DNA of 64,000 bases from Penicillus capitatus (taxonomy: Eukaryota > Plantae > Chlorophyta): positions 677,722-741,721 of the forward strand of contig OZ287703.1 in the NCBI GenBank assembly GCA_965649825.1, in the 5' to 3' direction. Of this stretch, positions 1 to 14,844 are shown in pieces. The position numbers were made by a program, and so were the translations under genes. The number at the start of each line of letters is the position of its first letter. Positions within the stretch are counted from its first letter, which is position 1. A model generated the notes under the pieces. It saw only the letters and a list, made by a program, of their open reading frames with translations. It was not told the DNA's origin and made no database searches.

Positions 1-504
1 ATTTTCATATGCAGCACGTGGGACAGAAAAGCATCGTTCCCTCCCACTGTTTTAATCTAGAGACCGTCTCGTTGGCATGAGAGACTGGAAAATGGAGGAC
101 AATGCGACGAAAGTGTGTGGTGTCAACGGACAGGATTTCCTGCCGCAAGCGTCCTTTATCCGTAAAGATGCCATTGAGCAAAGCAGGAGTCTTGCCCAAC
201 TGCAAACAACCCAACGATATGTACCGCATCGTATCTGAATCCATCCATCACTTCGCGCAGTCGATCGTTCTTCCGGCGTCTGCCGCTGTATCTGGGATCG
301 CGAGGCTCTGCCAAGATGACGGGGAGATCTGCAGGCAGCGCCGCCACTAAGTCTCTCTGCCGTAAAACGTGCCACACAGAGAGAACCCGATTCGATGGCG
401 TATGTCGACGATGGGTTTGTGCTCTCCGTCTCAGTCACAGTGGCCAGACTGCGAAAACACTGAACCTTCTGAAGCACTCGCCGTGTGCATCGATGCAGTG
501 CCAT
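1..504 (-). CDS. Possible organellar ribosomal protein bL25-like, 3' end runs off the window
   Basis: ATG 504 gives a transit-peptide-like start (MALHRCTRRVLQKVQCFRSLAT). Joining across a GT..AG intron gives EPRDPRYSGRRRKNDRLRE|LGKTPALLNG...EILSVDTTHF, resembling the L25/Ctc pattern (E.R...GK...RRLR..GK.PA..YG). Family call is from motif recall only. Confidence 0.4.
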
Positions 505-2047
505 GGTGGATGGATGAATGGATGCTGATCCCCTCAACGAGAGCGCTGTCCTGGATGTCGCTGTCAGATGTCGGTTGAGGCGATGGACGACGGCCTCGTT
601 TGCAAAGAAACACATCTTAAACACACAACGAATTCAAACCTCGCTAGAAACACATTGATTGGAGATTTGGTGCACAAGGTTTCAAACACACTCACACAGA
701 CATCTAGGAGTCACTGCTTTTGAGTTTCTGTAAATAGGGTCTGGGCATCAGTGGCTTCGAGCATTGGGGTGTGTCAATGCATGTATCTGTCCATGCATTT
801 GCATTTTGCATGCCAACGATTGATAAATTGAAATTCAGAATGGCGGTATGTCTCGCGTCCACGCTCAGAGCAAGCTTATCAAAAGTTTAGTTGTCTTCTT
901 CATCGTCACCGTCATCTTGTTGCTGTCCTGAGAGATGAGGCAGGTTTTATTGTTGTTAGCGTAAGAGTCAAGAAAGACGATTTGGATTGAGGTACTCCAT
1001 CAAGCCATAGATAGACGGCCCTCCTTATTTCTCAGAAATCTGCCCGGCATCCATTCCAAGCAAACACAGACATGAAACAGAGAAGCAAGAACCTATATGG
1101 CTGCAACTGTACGCATACTTAAGACGAGAAATATAAGCGAGAAGAGGCACTCTGCCTTCAGAAGAGGCAGGAAAAGCACGCTCTTTTCTCCTGCACTGAC
1201 AACCTGTATACAGAATGAAATACAAAACCGATGGATGTCAGTTGGTTCTCAGGTTCTCGCCGGAACCCCACTCAACATAACCCAGATGACTAACGAACGA
1301 ATAGAGGATCAATCTGATGATGGCTCTCAGGACCACTGAATAATGTACGGACAGGTTTCGTGAAGTGGCATGCATTAATAAAATTGCTAGAGCAGAACAA
1401 ACGACAGAACCTTGCAGACAATGATGGTCTTGAAGCAATGAAACCTGCTTTCCTTACTGGCTTGTGAGAAAAAGATCCACAAGAATCTCTATCAGCGTCT
1501 CCGCAATGGTATTGTCTTAGTTGTGGTGGCGCCTCGATAAATGGCCCACGATCATGCTGCCGAATCCGGTGGCTGCTCCGACGGCAGCACCCCAACACAG
1601 TATGCCTTTCATGTTTAACGTCGCTTGGCGTAAGCCTCTCGTCGTGCCCGGATGAATCTACACAGACAGATATATCCACTGCCCAGCCGCCGGCGGCGGC
1701 GGTGGCGGCGGAATGCGTACTTGATACGGCGCACGGTCATCTGTCGATTTCGCATCGGCATCCGAGCGATCAGCACCCACCCTCTCTATCGAACGAGGAG
1801 TACGAGAGACGGTGGCGTTTTCAAGTCTCGGTCCCGATTCTGTCGAGGAATGGGCATCGTGAGAGATCTGCTTTGGAATCAGGTGTGCAGAACCAAACTG
1901 AAAACAGCATCACCACCGTGCGCAAGACATCGAAGAAGCCCATCTTCCCTCACCTGTATGCCCGTCTGTGTTAGCACTTCTTCGACTTCGGCTGCCGTAA
2001 TAAGTGGATAATCGATCGTCTCTCTCTTAGTCGTCATACCTTCAAGG

Positions 2048-3465
2048 CTACTGGCTCCGGAAGCTATCGACCACAGAACATAAGCATCGAAGACAGTGAC
2101 CGTAGTACTTACGGATTTTTTCAGATGGCTGATCCCCTTTCACAAGTGCCGGGCGGATGCCATTGCAGTTGCGTAGCAATTCCATGATAAGCGCGTCCTT
2201 CTCATCGCTCTCGGACTTTTGCGCTTCGCATTGTCCGGTGAGCGTCAGAATGATACTCGTCTGTCTGTCCGTCAAACTCTTCAACTGGCGTATCTTCTGA
2301 AGGACGTTCTTCATCGTTCCTGGCGTCTGTCCATCAACCACAAAGGAATTGGTATGAGAGCTTTGCTCTCCTGGCAGTCAGCTAGCTCACCATGTCTCCT
2401 TGGGCATCAGCACTGATATCTGGACAAATCTCAGAAAGAGCCATTCGCGCCGCCTTTCTCCACTTCCTTAGTTTTCGCTTGAGACTCTTTGTCTTCTGTT
2501 TGAGTGCCTCGATTTCCTTCGGATTATCCGAGGACGCTTCATCGGCGATGTCCATCAAATTGTTGTCGTCATCGTCATCGTCTTCAATGCCTTCAAGAAA
2601 TGCTCTTGTCTGGGGGTCTTGCAAGAATACAACTAAGTCGTGATCCAGCGCCTTTGACGTTTCAAGCAGTTCTCGAATCTGCCCCGTTGTCTAGAGATAC
2701 AACAAGATGGGACATTCATGAGGTCGGTTGGATAATGGAGGACAGCATGTATGTCCGTTGATGAACTCACTCTGCTTGCGCTTTGCCGAAAGTTAGACAA
2801 ACTGCTGCGAACAGATTCCACAGTTTTTCCCTCGTCCGGCTGCGAATCGCAAGACATGAAGGATGTGCACGGCGTTGCCATTGTCTCTACCTGTCGCTGC
2901 AGTGCATCGTCGGTAGAACGTTTTCCTTGCTGCGTTTGTCCCTCTTCGGGATTGCCACTCGTCAACTCGCACAATTGTCTAAGACGCGAAGCGACTCGCG
3001 TCATTCGCCGCCTTGTGCGGCAACTCACCGGCATTCTTCGACAGAGGCTGTTTGACTTTCGCCATGGACACTTTCGTTTTCGATTCCCACATCCATTCTA
3101 ACAACATACCTTTACGCTTAGCGACACGTGTCCTTTTTGAATTTAGATGGAGAGAGGCACTTTGTCCACACTGATGGAATGCCACTGAGTTCAAGCGCGT
3201 CGAGCAAGGAACTGAGTTCGACAAACGAACGCGACAATGATGCGGATAGAGGTGCCGACAGTAGAAACGCAAGGTAAGAGATATGCGCACTACGGCTTAA
3301 AGAGCAGGGGAACTTCCACAATGCGGGACAATTTTCCACGACGAGGTTTATCAAACTACTAACGGCCGCGTAAATGAGCGGCCTCCCCAGCACGGCATCG
3401 GCAAAGAATCGTAACCGTTCTCTTCCGAACGGTGCATTCTCCGTATTCACGCTCGGCCGCGACAC
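2048..3465 (-). CDS. Multi-exon hypothetical protein with acidic/coiled-coil segments; boundaries approximate
   Basis: Consecutive minus-strand ORF pieces with protein-like composition (DPQTRAFLEGIEDDDDDD...EIEALKQKTKSLKRKLRKWRKAARMAL; MKNVLQKIRQLKSL). No family recognised. Confidence 0.3.
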
Positions 3466-3742
3466 GGCATGGCGACGACGTCATTACCGAAACCGGCTTA
3501 AATGAAGAGCACGCAAGGGTTCTAAGAGATTCTAGCAACGTTCATTATCGGCGCCATCATTCTTTCTCAAATCCTGCTTGCTTGACGGACATCCTGTTAT
3601 TCTCCAGGCAACAACGAACACACAGCCTTTGCCATCCATGTTCACTTCACATAATAAGATCCTTCCTATCATAGTGACCGAATGTAAAAGAAGATTCTTT
3701 TGCGGTACGGATTGGGGAATGTGTGCTCGTTATGGGCATGCA

Positions 3743-5456
<1,714 letters not shown>

Positions 5457-5754
5457 TTGGACGGGACTACAGAAAGAAGTGTTAATCCGTTACGGGATGG
5501 CGGCGTCGAAAAGCGCGAGAGCGAACGAACAAACGCACGCTGCTTAAACGACGCCCAAAGATCTCTACCTGCGTCGAACGCGATAACAATGCAATTGGCG
5601 GCGCTTTTGCCAAAAACGAGGCTGAAAAGGTCGATAGCGCGGAAAACGGGCAATGCAACGGCGTAATGGCTGCATGATGCTTTCGCACGTCACATCAACA
5701 GAAGGGTGCCGTCGTCCCATATGCAAAAGGATGTGACATTTCCAACCGGTCCGT

Positions 5755-7965
5755 TTACTGAGTCTCGTCGTCGAAGACCGAAAAAATATTCCCCTCTCTA
5801 AAATCGTTCTCCACTAAGCTCACGAGCAGCCAATGGGAGTGAATCTCCTTTAAGATCTTTTTAGATTTGCTGCCTTCTTCGTAGAGCGATCCCCATTCGG
5901 TGAGCCACAAATCAAACGCCTCATCTTTCCAAAACATGAAGCTGTGCAGATCGGCAATCGTCGGCTGCAGAATCTCAGAATCTGTCAGGACAACAGAAGA
6001 ATTAAATTTGGCCTCCCTCAGCCGCGAAAAGCATACTTGGAAAGATACCCCAAGTGACGGCATTGACGCTGTTCTCTGGGGCATTGGTGACAAGATTGCT
6101 TGAGGACGTCGTCGCCATGAATGTCAGCGAAGGCTTCGCTCTGAGTTTGGGCAACAGATCGTCGAAATCTTCAGGAGAGACGAAGAACTCGACATACGCT
6201 TTCTGAAAGATCACCCTAGACAGAACACACATCTCTAAGGTTCCGTACGAGAAGCGTTTGGCGCACCCGTTCGGGCCACCCCAACCCACAGAAGCATCCG
6301 TCGAGGAGACACCATTGATCTGCGGCTGGGAGTTGATGGTGAGAAAACCAGCCGAGTTCAGCTTCACGAGCTTGTCAATGATCTGTTCGGTCTCCTTTTG
6401 CAGTCTGTCTCTCTCGTTCCATGGCAGCAAGGGTATCTCGCCTGTAGGGCTCCTTGTCCGACGCCGAAACGCTTAGACTGCGTGCCGTACCTTTGGTGTA
6501 TTTGACAAAAACTTGGATGACATCGTCCAATCCTCTCAGATGTTCTCCCCAAGCATCTCTTGCCTTCTCTCGCCTCTTCTCCATCCGTGTGTGGGGATGC
6601 ATGAAAGGATAGGCATCGAGGGTGCCGTATACAGGAATGTCTACGTGGGACCACCTAGAATCCAAAACTGCCTGTCATACGCGTGCACCGCACATTGCTT
6701 CTGGTCACCTGCTCGAGACATAGTTCTCCCATTTTTCTGTTCTCTTAATGTAGCTCTTTGGCCGATTTGACCAGAAGATGGGGCGGACCTCTTCTCCTGA
6801 GCGCTTTTCGATGGGTGACTGTCTCCATGGAAATATCCTTGCACATCTGCTGTCGCTAATGAGCTTTAGGCGCTTCAGAATGTTAAGAACGCTGGCAGAA
6901 ACGTTGAGGCTATAGACATGCAGTCCTGGAGTCCCTTTGTCCAACAGCTTCTGACACATTTCCACACCCAACTCAATTCCGTAGGCCTTCACGGCAGCTT
7001 CGTCGCCCTTGATCTCCTCGAGCTTCTCCGAAATGGAAGCTGGGATGAACGTTTTGCAGAAGTTTGTCATTCTTTTGAATCCTCCATATGTCATGATCGG
7101 CATGATCCCTGCACAAACGAACCCTCCCCTGCATTTCTTTCCGCACAATGGACACCTGGAATGATGGGACATTCGATGCCGATAGACCGGCAGTCCTCCA
7201 CAAACTGAAGGAATCTGCTTGTGTCATAGAAGAGTTGGGTGATCACGAAATCGGCCCCGGCGTCGATTTTGGATTTGAGATAACGCACATCCGCCCAGTA
7301 ATTCTCTTTCATCTTCTCCGGATCTTCCACGATGGAATCGGGATGCGCTTCGGGATAACCGGCGACACAGATGCCGAAGAAATCGCCATACTCCTGACGA
7401 ATATACTTCACCAAATCCAACGCACATGCAAATCCACCTAGACACGCACCCCATCAACGCCCGCATTCGTCTGTACCGATAGCCTCATGCCTTCGATTTG
7501 GGTAAAACGTTCCTGTCCCTTTGGCGGATCGCCTCTCAATGCAAGAATGTTCTTGATGCCGACCTCCTTTGCCTAGAATCCCGGAGAAGATGATGGTCGA
7601 TTGCTTTGTGTGATATCACACTTCTTTCAGAGCGTGTTTCAACTTTTCGATGGACATGTTGGTGCAGGTCAGATGCATCATGGTCTCCACACATACCATG
7701 TTCTGCATACGGGTGGCAATTTCGAGGGTTAGATCGGCTGTGCTGCCGCCAGCGCCCCATGTGATATCGCAAAACGTCGGTTCGTGGGTCACCATCTCAT
7801 CCATGCGGCTGATTAGATTCTCAACACCCTGTGCAAGAGCGCTTGCAGAGAAATGCCTGCCGAACGGCGAGGACGGACTTCTTCTGTGCGGGGAGGGAAG
7901 TATTCGTAAGAGAAGAAGGTCTCCCCTGCGTCCATGGACGCCTTTATCTTATCGACGATCTTCAT
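5755..7965 (-). CDS. MTHFR: Methylenetetrahydrofolate reductase, eukaryotic type with C-terminal domain, multi-exon
   Basis: MKIVDKI...[84 protein letters not shown]; stop TAA at 5755. Confidence 0.95.
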
Positions 7966-8099
7966 GACGCGACGCGTAGGTCGAAGAAGCGCCGCATTGA
8001 GCGCAGCTCGTGGATAGGGTTTACAGGGAGACCGTATGGCGAACCGTATTTCAAATCGTATGCCAACCGTAGATATCCATATCATTGCTGATTGGTTAG

Positions 8100-9463
8100 C
8101 TACGCAACGTCTTCTTCCACTCCGAGATCCGTGATCTTGTACGACACATAGTCATTGGCACACAGAGGTGATTTGCGTATCTGTCACGTCATGTGTGTGG
8201 CCGATGAAAGTGTGATTTGAGTGACGTACCGTCGCCGTTCGTTTGCTGCGATGGGCTGTGCGTTCGAGCGAGATCCGGGTATTGACACAGTGCGCCCATT
8301 TCGTGCCGAGTGCCGGAATCACGCCATCGTACAGGACGGTGGTACTATCGCCCATGATATTGGTGCTGGGTCCATCCAGCGGTGATGTGACCTGACGGCA
8401 CAGGATGTAAGCAGCTTTCCGTTTATCGATCGTCCATACCTGGTTTGTCACGAGAACAGGAATATCGAAAACGTGGGCGATATACTTTAGAAGCGTCGCC
8501 TGTTCTCCAACAAAGCGCTGCCGTTCAATGATTTCGTCTCTCCCGAATTCAGCTCTCAAAATCGCGGCAATGCTATCCACCACCACCAACGAGGCTCCAT
8601 TCCGCGAGACGCTCGTCTCGAGTCCCTGCCGCCAGAATCAACATCTGCAGCGAATGTCGATGGGTGACAGATCCTTGCCTGAAAATGCCGCATCAATTGC
8701 ATGGTGTTCTCTGCTCGGACGATCCAGACGCGATCCAGAATGCTGTTTGTCAAGTCATCAATGTCTGCCACGCTGCTACTCCAGCGACTCTTGATGATCT
8801 GCGCCATTCTACAGGTCACACTTTTGCGATCGACGTGGTGATGGTTATCCCTATATGCACGGACCTCTTAGCTGAGAACTTGCCTTCTGTGTCAAAGTAT
8901 ATCACTCTTCCTCCATTCCTGCACAAATGGCGAGCTGCTTGGCTGCTCGTCGTGTACGGGGCAATGGACTCTACCCAGCACAGTGTTGAGGAGCAGCTTC
9001 CTGGATAGCGATGGAAAAGCAGAACTGGGATTTCCCGACCGTTGCCGGACCAACCTGAAAAACAGCAGCACGATAATTCGCACAGCCAAGAAGATCTCAC
9101 CAGTTCGGTAACAGACCCACGTGGAAGACCACTCTTCAGACATTGATCCAACGTCTACATCCAATGCCATGTGCCAAAAACGACGTCTCACGATCGGACC
9201 GTAAGTGTCGTCGAGATACGGGGACGTCGTTGTGCCTCTCGACTTTGTCGCAGTTCCAGTACCTAGCTAACTATCGTACATCGGGAGGAGTACTCTCTAC
9301 GGTGCCAGACCGTCGCATGCGATGGGCATTGCGCTTTGACGACGTCTTTCCTTTGCTCACGGATCTTGACTAGCGAGACGTCTTTGAGCTTTTCGAGAAG
9401 CTCTGTGTCGTTATAGAGCAAGTAATCCTCGAGTCTCTCGACGCGCGACATTGGGTAACGCAT
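8100..9463 (-). CDS. RAD51B: RAD51 paralogue, most similar to RAD51B, multi-exon
   Basis: GLPRGSVTEL|VGPATVGKSQ (Walker A), VIYFDTEGKFSAKR, VVVDSIAAILRAEF (Walker B), IPVLVTNQV, ALGTKWAHCVNTRISLE, last exon IRKSPLCANDYVSYKITDLGVEEDVA. Confidence 0.8.
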
Positions 9464-9518
9464 GGGCGGTACGCGCACCGCGAATCACGATCCATCGACT
9501 CACACAACGCCGGCAGCT

Positions 9519-11316
9519 TTACAGCATCTTGTTTGGATTGGGTGGTCCGTGGGAAGAATAACTCTCTTTCTGATCATCTGAGATGTCCTCCTCGGACGGC
9601 ACTTCTGTCATGCTCATGGCGTCATTAACACCGCGCGGATCTGTGATGTCGGAGAAGTCCATCACTTCTGCTGCATTTTCCACGCGGCCCTCGTCAATGG
9701 CCTCAGCCATAGCGCGCTCATACTCTTCAAATGTGTACTTGGCCTCGGTTCTGTTACGAGCCGTGCGGCCGTAGCCGCCACTTGAGTCGAGAATGATGTT
9801 GGATTCGTGCTGACGCAGCCGCTCCGCCGCCTTCTGTTTGCGCTCTTCTCTCTCAATCTGTTTTTCGAGACGCGGTACAACTTCGTCCAGAATCTGAGAA
9901 ACAATAAGATCTGACCAGAAAGAGTGAGACGTGTGACCAACCCTTTTTCGAAGATTGCGGCTGTGGGTGCCTGATGTCATGAGATCTTCTCCAAAAGCAC
10001 AGAGCGTTTCCAAATCGCCAGCCACGAGTTCCCAGTTGATCACTCTTGTGTAACCACGAACTCGTCCATTCCTATTCATCCACATCATACATTCAACAGA
10101 ATGGCGACGGATAAGGGGAGCAGACTTCTTCACATGTTCCCTGATCTCTCTATACAAACGAAAGTCAACGATCTCTTTGGACTCGAATAGCCAAAAGAAG
10201 GTCGAAGCATTCAGCTGCCCTACATTCCCTCATTCTGCGTCGACGCTCTTACAAGGGGAGGACCTACCCAGAGGCACCTTCCGCAAGAGATCGATCTGTT
10301 CTGCCTCTCGCCGCTGCATCGTACACACGAAATGTGCACAAGATGAACAGCGGCAGACGTCGAACCTGTTTCTTTCGGGGCAGAACGGGATTCTTGGACT
10401 TCGGTTTCAGTCGAATGTCGAAGATCTCACGGATGTCGTTCTCGCAGCAACGCATGTCGCAGAGGAACTTGAGAACCTGAACTCTGTACAGAACACTGCC
10501 TCATTGGCGCCGCCCCGCCTGTTCAATGATGTGACCTCTGGACAGCAGGTGCATTGCAGTAGTCCAGTGCCTCATTCCCACGATCCGGATTGAACGGATT
10601 CTCCTTCGAATTGGGACATTCCGAACGCAGCTTCCTCGCAAGTACCGTCGTCCAGTTCGTTTCGTCGACGCCGACTCTCGGCCGCAGTCCCTTCAACAAA
10701 TCCTGCATGACATGACATCTCGTTACCGATGCTGCCGTCCATCCCTCTTGAGTGGCTACCGTGTGCAATCGGGCCAGGAGTCCTTGACCATTGGATTTGA
10801 CAATGGCTTGCTCTATGTCGTTCATCTTTACGGGGATCGGTGTGAGGGCCAACGGACTCTGAAACGTGTGGAAGAACTGAAAGACGGCGGCGAGTTCCCA
10901 CATGCCTCGAATGGTCGCTCGATCGCGTTCCACCTCTTCGTCCGTCACTTCTCTCACCATCTCTACCCCATCCTCATTCATGGTCACACTTTTAGATGTG
11001 ACGTCTCACCCGGTTCGGAGGATGATGGAGTGGATTCCGAAGGTTCCTGCGGTGTCGTCTCTTTTCGTTGACGAAGATGCTGAGGGGGTCGCAGCTTTCG
11101 CGTCTGGACGTTGTCCGGCCGAGGAGGTGGTACAGGAGGTCCGAGTCTTCGACGCTTTTTGAAGCGTGTCGTCTCGTACTCACTCGAGTCAGAGACCTCA
11201 ACGTCACTCCAACTCGAGGAGGCTTCTTCCGCTTCGGACGACAATACGTAGCTGCTACCGTCATCTTCAGACGGACTACCGTCGGATAGGTCACACGTCA
11301 CTGAATCCTCCGCCAT
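9519..11316 (-). CDS. DDT-domain chromatin protein (DDR4/RSF1-like); start uncertain
   Basis: Acidic Ser-rich N-terminus, DDT-like WELAAVFQFFHTF...DIEQAIV...LLARLH|DLLKGL...NWTTVLARKL, then WELVAGDLETL and GRTARNRTEAKYTFEEYE segments. Family assignment from motif recall. Confidence 0.6.
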
Positions 11317-12974
11317 CTGCGAACGCTCCTGGAAGCGTCGAAGAGCGCGAAACGGGACAACTGCACGCTGACGTCGCGTAATTCGACTTAGATGGTACAA
11401 TACACTTCGTGCGTGTCACGACGCCTTGTTCATGAAATCGAGCAGCAAAGCGAACGGGCGTGATCAAGGTGGGGTCGATTCTTGGGCAACGACGACGCGA
11501 GGCCAAAGGGACGGATGCTATCTACGGATCGCCCAGTGCCTGGCCAGAGGCTTTTAGCAATGGACACGGGAAAGCACATACGTCGTGCCGTGTGTTGTTC
11601 TCATGAAATGCCGCAATCTTCACATAGCCACAGCCAACACAGCAGAAGGTCGCCTGCTGCGTCTTGCCGACATCGGGCAGGGCCCACCGTCATCATCCGC
11701 GTAGCCATAGATTCTGCCTTCGTTACAAGATCGTCGTCCATGGTGTGGCCCCAAGAGGGGAGAGAGAACGTGTCGTTTCGCAGAGAGAGTCTCCACGGGG
11801 GCGTTGTTTGTTGATGGCGTGGCTGGTTGTCGCCCTTTCTTGACTCGATCTCGTTAAACTGCTCAATGCGCCGTCTTTCCGTGGTACTGCCCTACAGTAC
11901 CGGCGCCACGACGATCTGTCCAACCGGCTTCCAGACAACGGCGTGCCGCTTTGTCCAACAATCAATGGATGCTTCGCCGCCCGATGTCTTCTCTTTATCA
12001 AAATGGTCGTAGCAGCGACGACGGACCCGACGTCGCATTGGACGTATCTGTGCGGCGTACTGCCGCTCGGCCTTGGGCAAAATCGTCTTTTCCCTCTTCC
12101 GCTTTCAGCACATTGGTCACCGAGGAAAACAGATCGTCTTCCTGTAACAGTGCTGTCTCTTCTCTGACGATCCTTTGCCCAAAACGCGTGCCTTTCGAGA
12201 ACTAATGATGCTTCTACCCTAGATAGAGGTTTTTCGTTTTTACAGCGCATCGTTATCTCGACGTGCGTTTCTTCGTTGTACAGAAGCGGCGAGTGTTTCT
12301 GCAAACAGCGAGCGACCTGCTGAAAAGAAAGCAAAAGTGTCCGTTAGCTGATCGTGAATGCTCTTTTCTGTAAGACGGTTCCTTTGTTTGGACAACCGTC
12401 CATACAAACGGTTTGCGTCGTTTTTTATCAACTCTCCTCCTTCGGGACGCCTAGAATCATCTTCAGAACAATCAATACCTGTCTTGATAAACGCATTCTC
12501 TATAGATATCTCAGTCTAATAAGCGCCATGCGTTGCCTAACGCGAACGCCGCCTTTGCCAAACGACACGTTTCTATCTCCTCTCGTTTTTCAGAGAATTC
12601 AACGCAAGGCACTAGGTATTGCCCGGCACTGCCCACTGGCAGGAGGATCTGCTAATCGTTAGCGACCTTTTGCTCTTACTGTCGACAAGATCCAGATTCG
12701 ATCAGAACTCCTTCTCGCATACTTTTATGTCCTCTGTTCTCTGCGTTTCATCATATTATGTATATGTTAATAAATAGATACTCAGCTACAGAGTGTTCAG
12801 TTTCAAATTGCCTGTCCTATTCAACATTTGCTGTCCCACTTTGCACAAGCGTTACGCAAACGTATGCAGCACGCTCCCATCTGAGCAAATGTGATCTTAA
12901 ATCTGACGATCTCTTATGTTCACTGTGCTGTCTGCGAGGCATCGTCCAATGCCAAGTCGTGCGTGTATTTCGCT

Positions 12975-14423
12975 TCATGTAGCTCCGGTCAGTTTATTCA
13001 TGGCTGTTGTGAAATCTCCGTCCGATGCGAGAAGCGCCGCTCGAACAGACGACTCATCGAAGCCCATCTCTACGAGTCGAGCAAAATCATCCTGTGGCGC
13101 CTCAATCACAGCAATCGATGCCGTATGCGATGCAGACGACGATGGATCCGTGATGAACTGAGGCTGACCAGGGAACCGTCGATTTGTCACATCACGCGTT
13201 CCTGTTGTTCTTCCCTCTCCTGTGAACGGAACCTGTTCTTGTCTATTCCTCCACCTTGTGAAAAAATCACTCCATCCCGACGTCGACCCTCTGCACATGC
13301 CAGAAACATGAGCGATCGTGTGATCAGCGAGATCGTGACAGACTCAGTGTGTGAGGCGTGTATTGGTAAGGAAACGGAAGTGTTGGCCGAGAGAATGAAG
13401 TTGGGCCATTGGGTAAAGGCGCAGCACACGGACCGTTCGATCATGACCACTGTAGCATCGGACGGCATCACAGATGCCAACGCTCTCCAGACATACATCT
13501 GCCCAACCTACACCACCACCGTCTTCTCTTGCGTTTAGGGATAGGGGCTAAGCTCCGTACAAGGACGCCGCAGAGATGACCGATGAATGATACCCCTGGG
13601 ATTAACAGTTGCCAGAAAACGAGCAGCACCCAGGCATAGAGCTTGGCTGGTACAGGGAAGAGACCGAGGACGGAATAGTGATCCACATTGCCCGAATTCG
13701 CATGGACCACGATCAATCCGAAGATCACTCCGGAGAATCCGACAGCACAGGTATTCACCGAGAAGACAGCGGCGTTCCTAGAAATCAACCGTCAGCTCAC
13801 TCTTCAGAGATATGCTGTTCCACGCGGTAGCCAATAGGTACATCAACAGGATGTACAGCACGTCGGAGAGCATCAGGATCGCGAAGATCAAGCATACAAA
13901 CTGCAGTGGGATGGATGAGTAAAAGAGTGAGAATGACAGGTCACACTTTCACAGTGCCCATCTGACGCTCCAGTCGTCCTCCAATCGGTACGAATGCCAA
14001 CATATTGAACGCGACGTGCACAACGCTGAGGTGGAAGAACGCATGAGTGAGTAATCGATGAACTAGAATCCACCACCGCCACCCAATGCATCGTCATACA
14101 GGATGCAATGTGTGAGTAGAGTCACTTACTTTTGTATTGCTCGACGACAGCTTTCGGTCTTAGGCAGACTTGGAGTGTCGGGGACCAGCCAAAGAGAAGC
14201 TCTGTGATGTACAGCGAAACGCAGACCACGAAAACAGCTCTGCAATGCAGATAGTTGCCCACAACAGTGTTGCACAGAAAGTTCGTGTGACCTTGTGGCA
14301 AACGCGACGCTTTCAAACCACGTCCTCACACGCGTCCCGATCGAAGACTGCGCAAAAGAGACGATACATCGACAGAAAGAGAGAAAAGGAATGCAAGACT
14401 TCTGTTGACGCACTATCGTCCAT
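12975..14423 (-). CDS. Rhomboid-like protease with C-terminal UBA domain (RBL15/RHBDD1-like), multi-exon
   Basis: FFHLSVVHVAFNMLAFVPIGGRLE, catalytic AVGFSGVIFGL and GHLCGVL, C-terminal UBA LVEMGFDESSVRAALLASDGDFTTAMNKL. Confidence 0.85.
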
Positions 14424-14844
14424 TTTCGCGTTCGATGCCCGAAGACAGTAGTGGGTGACCTGAGCAAGACGGTAAGCCGGTACGACGTCGTGCCACGTCA
14501 TTCCACCTTGCATTTCAGAACAATCGCTGGTACAGAGGGCAGTCCAATTCAACAAATACGAGCAACAAAAGCCGAGATTGGGCCAAAGATCGAAGGCCAG
14601 TCATTGGGAATGGACTGAAACCAGTGAAAGGATCCTTCCACCGTCTTCGATAAGATCGGTGGTATGAATAGATACACTTGTACGACACTCTAACGGCAAC
14701 AGACATTGCCGATCGACGTACACGAGGAGTGCCGAGACAATATAGGTCGCCGGCATTTGTCGCAAAAAATCTTCCGTCTCTGATGTTACAGCGCATTGAA
14801 AATATCCAGCAGCTCCCTTGTAACAACGTTCGATCGTTTATGTA

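Noticed and set aside
848-1974. Possible plus-strand multi-exon gene
   Set aside because: Protein-like fragments exist, but I could not build a consistent spliced model or recognise a family.
11500-12340. Possible 5' exons of the DDT gene or a separate small gene
   Set aside because: Several short frames look coding, but no consistent exon chain or motif (such as a zf-4CXXC finger) could be supported.
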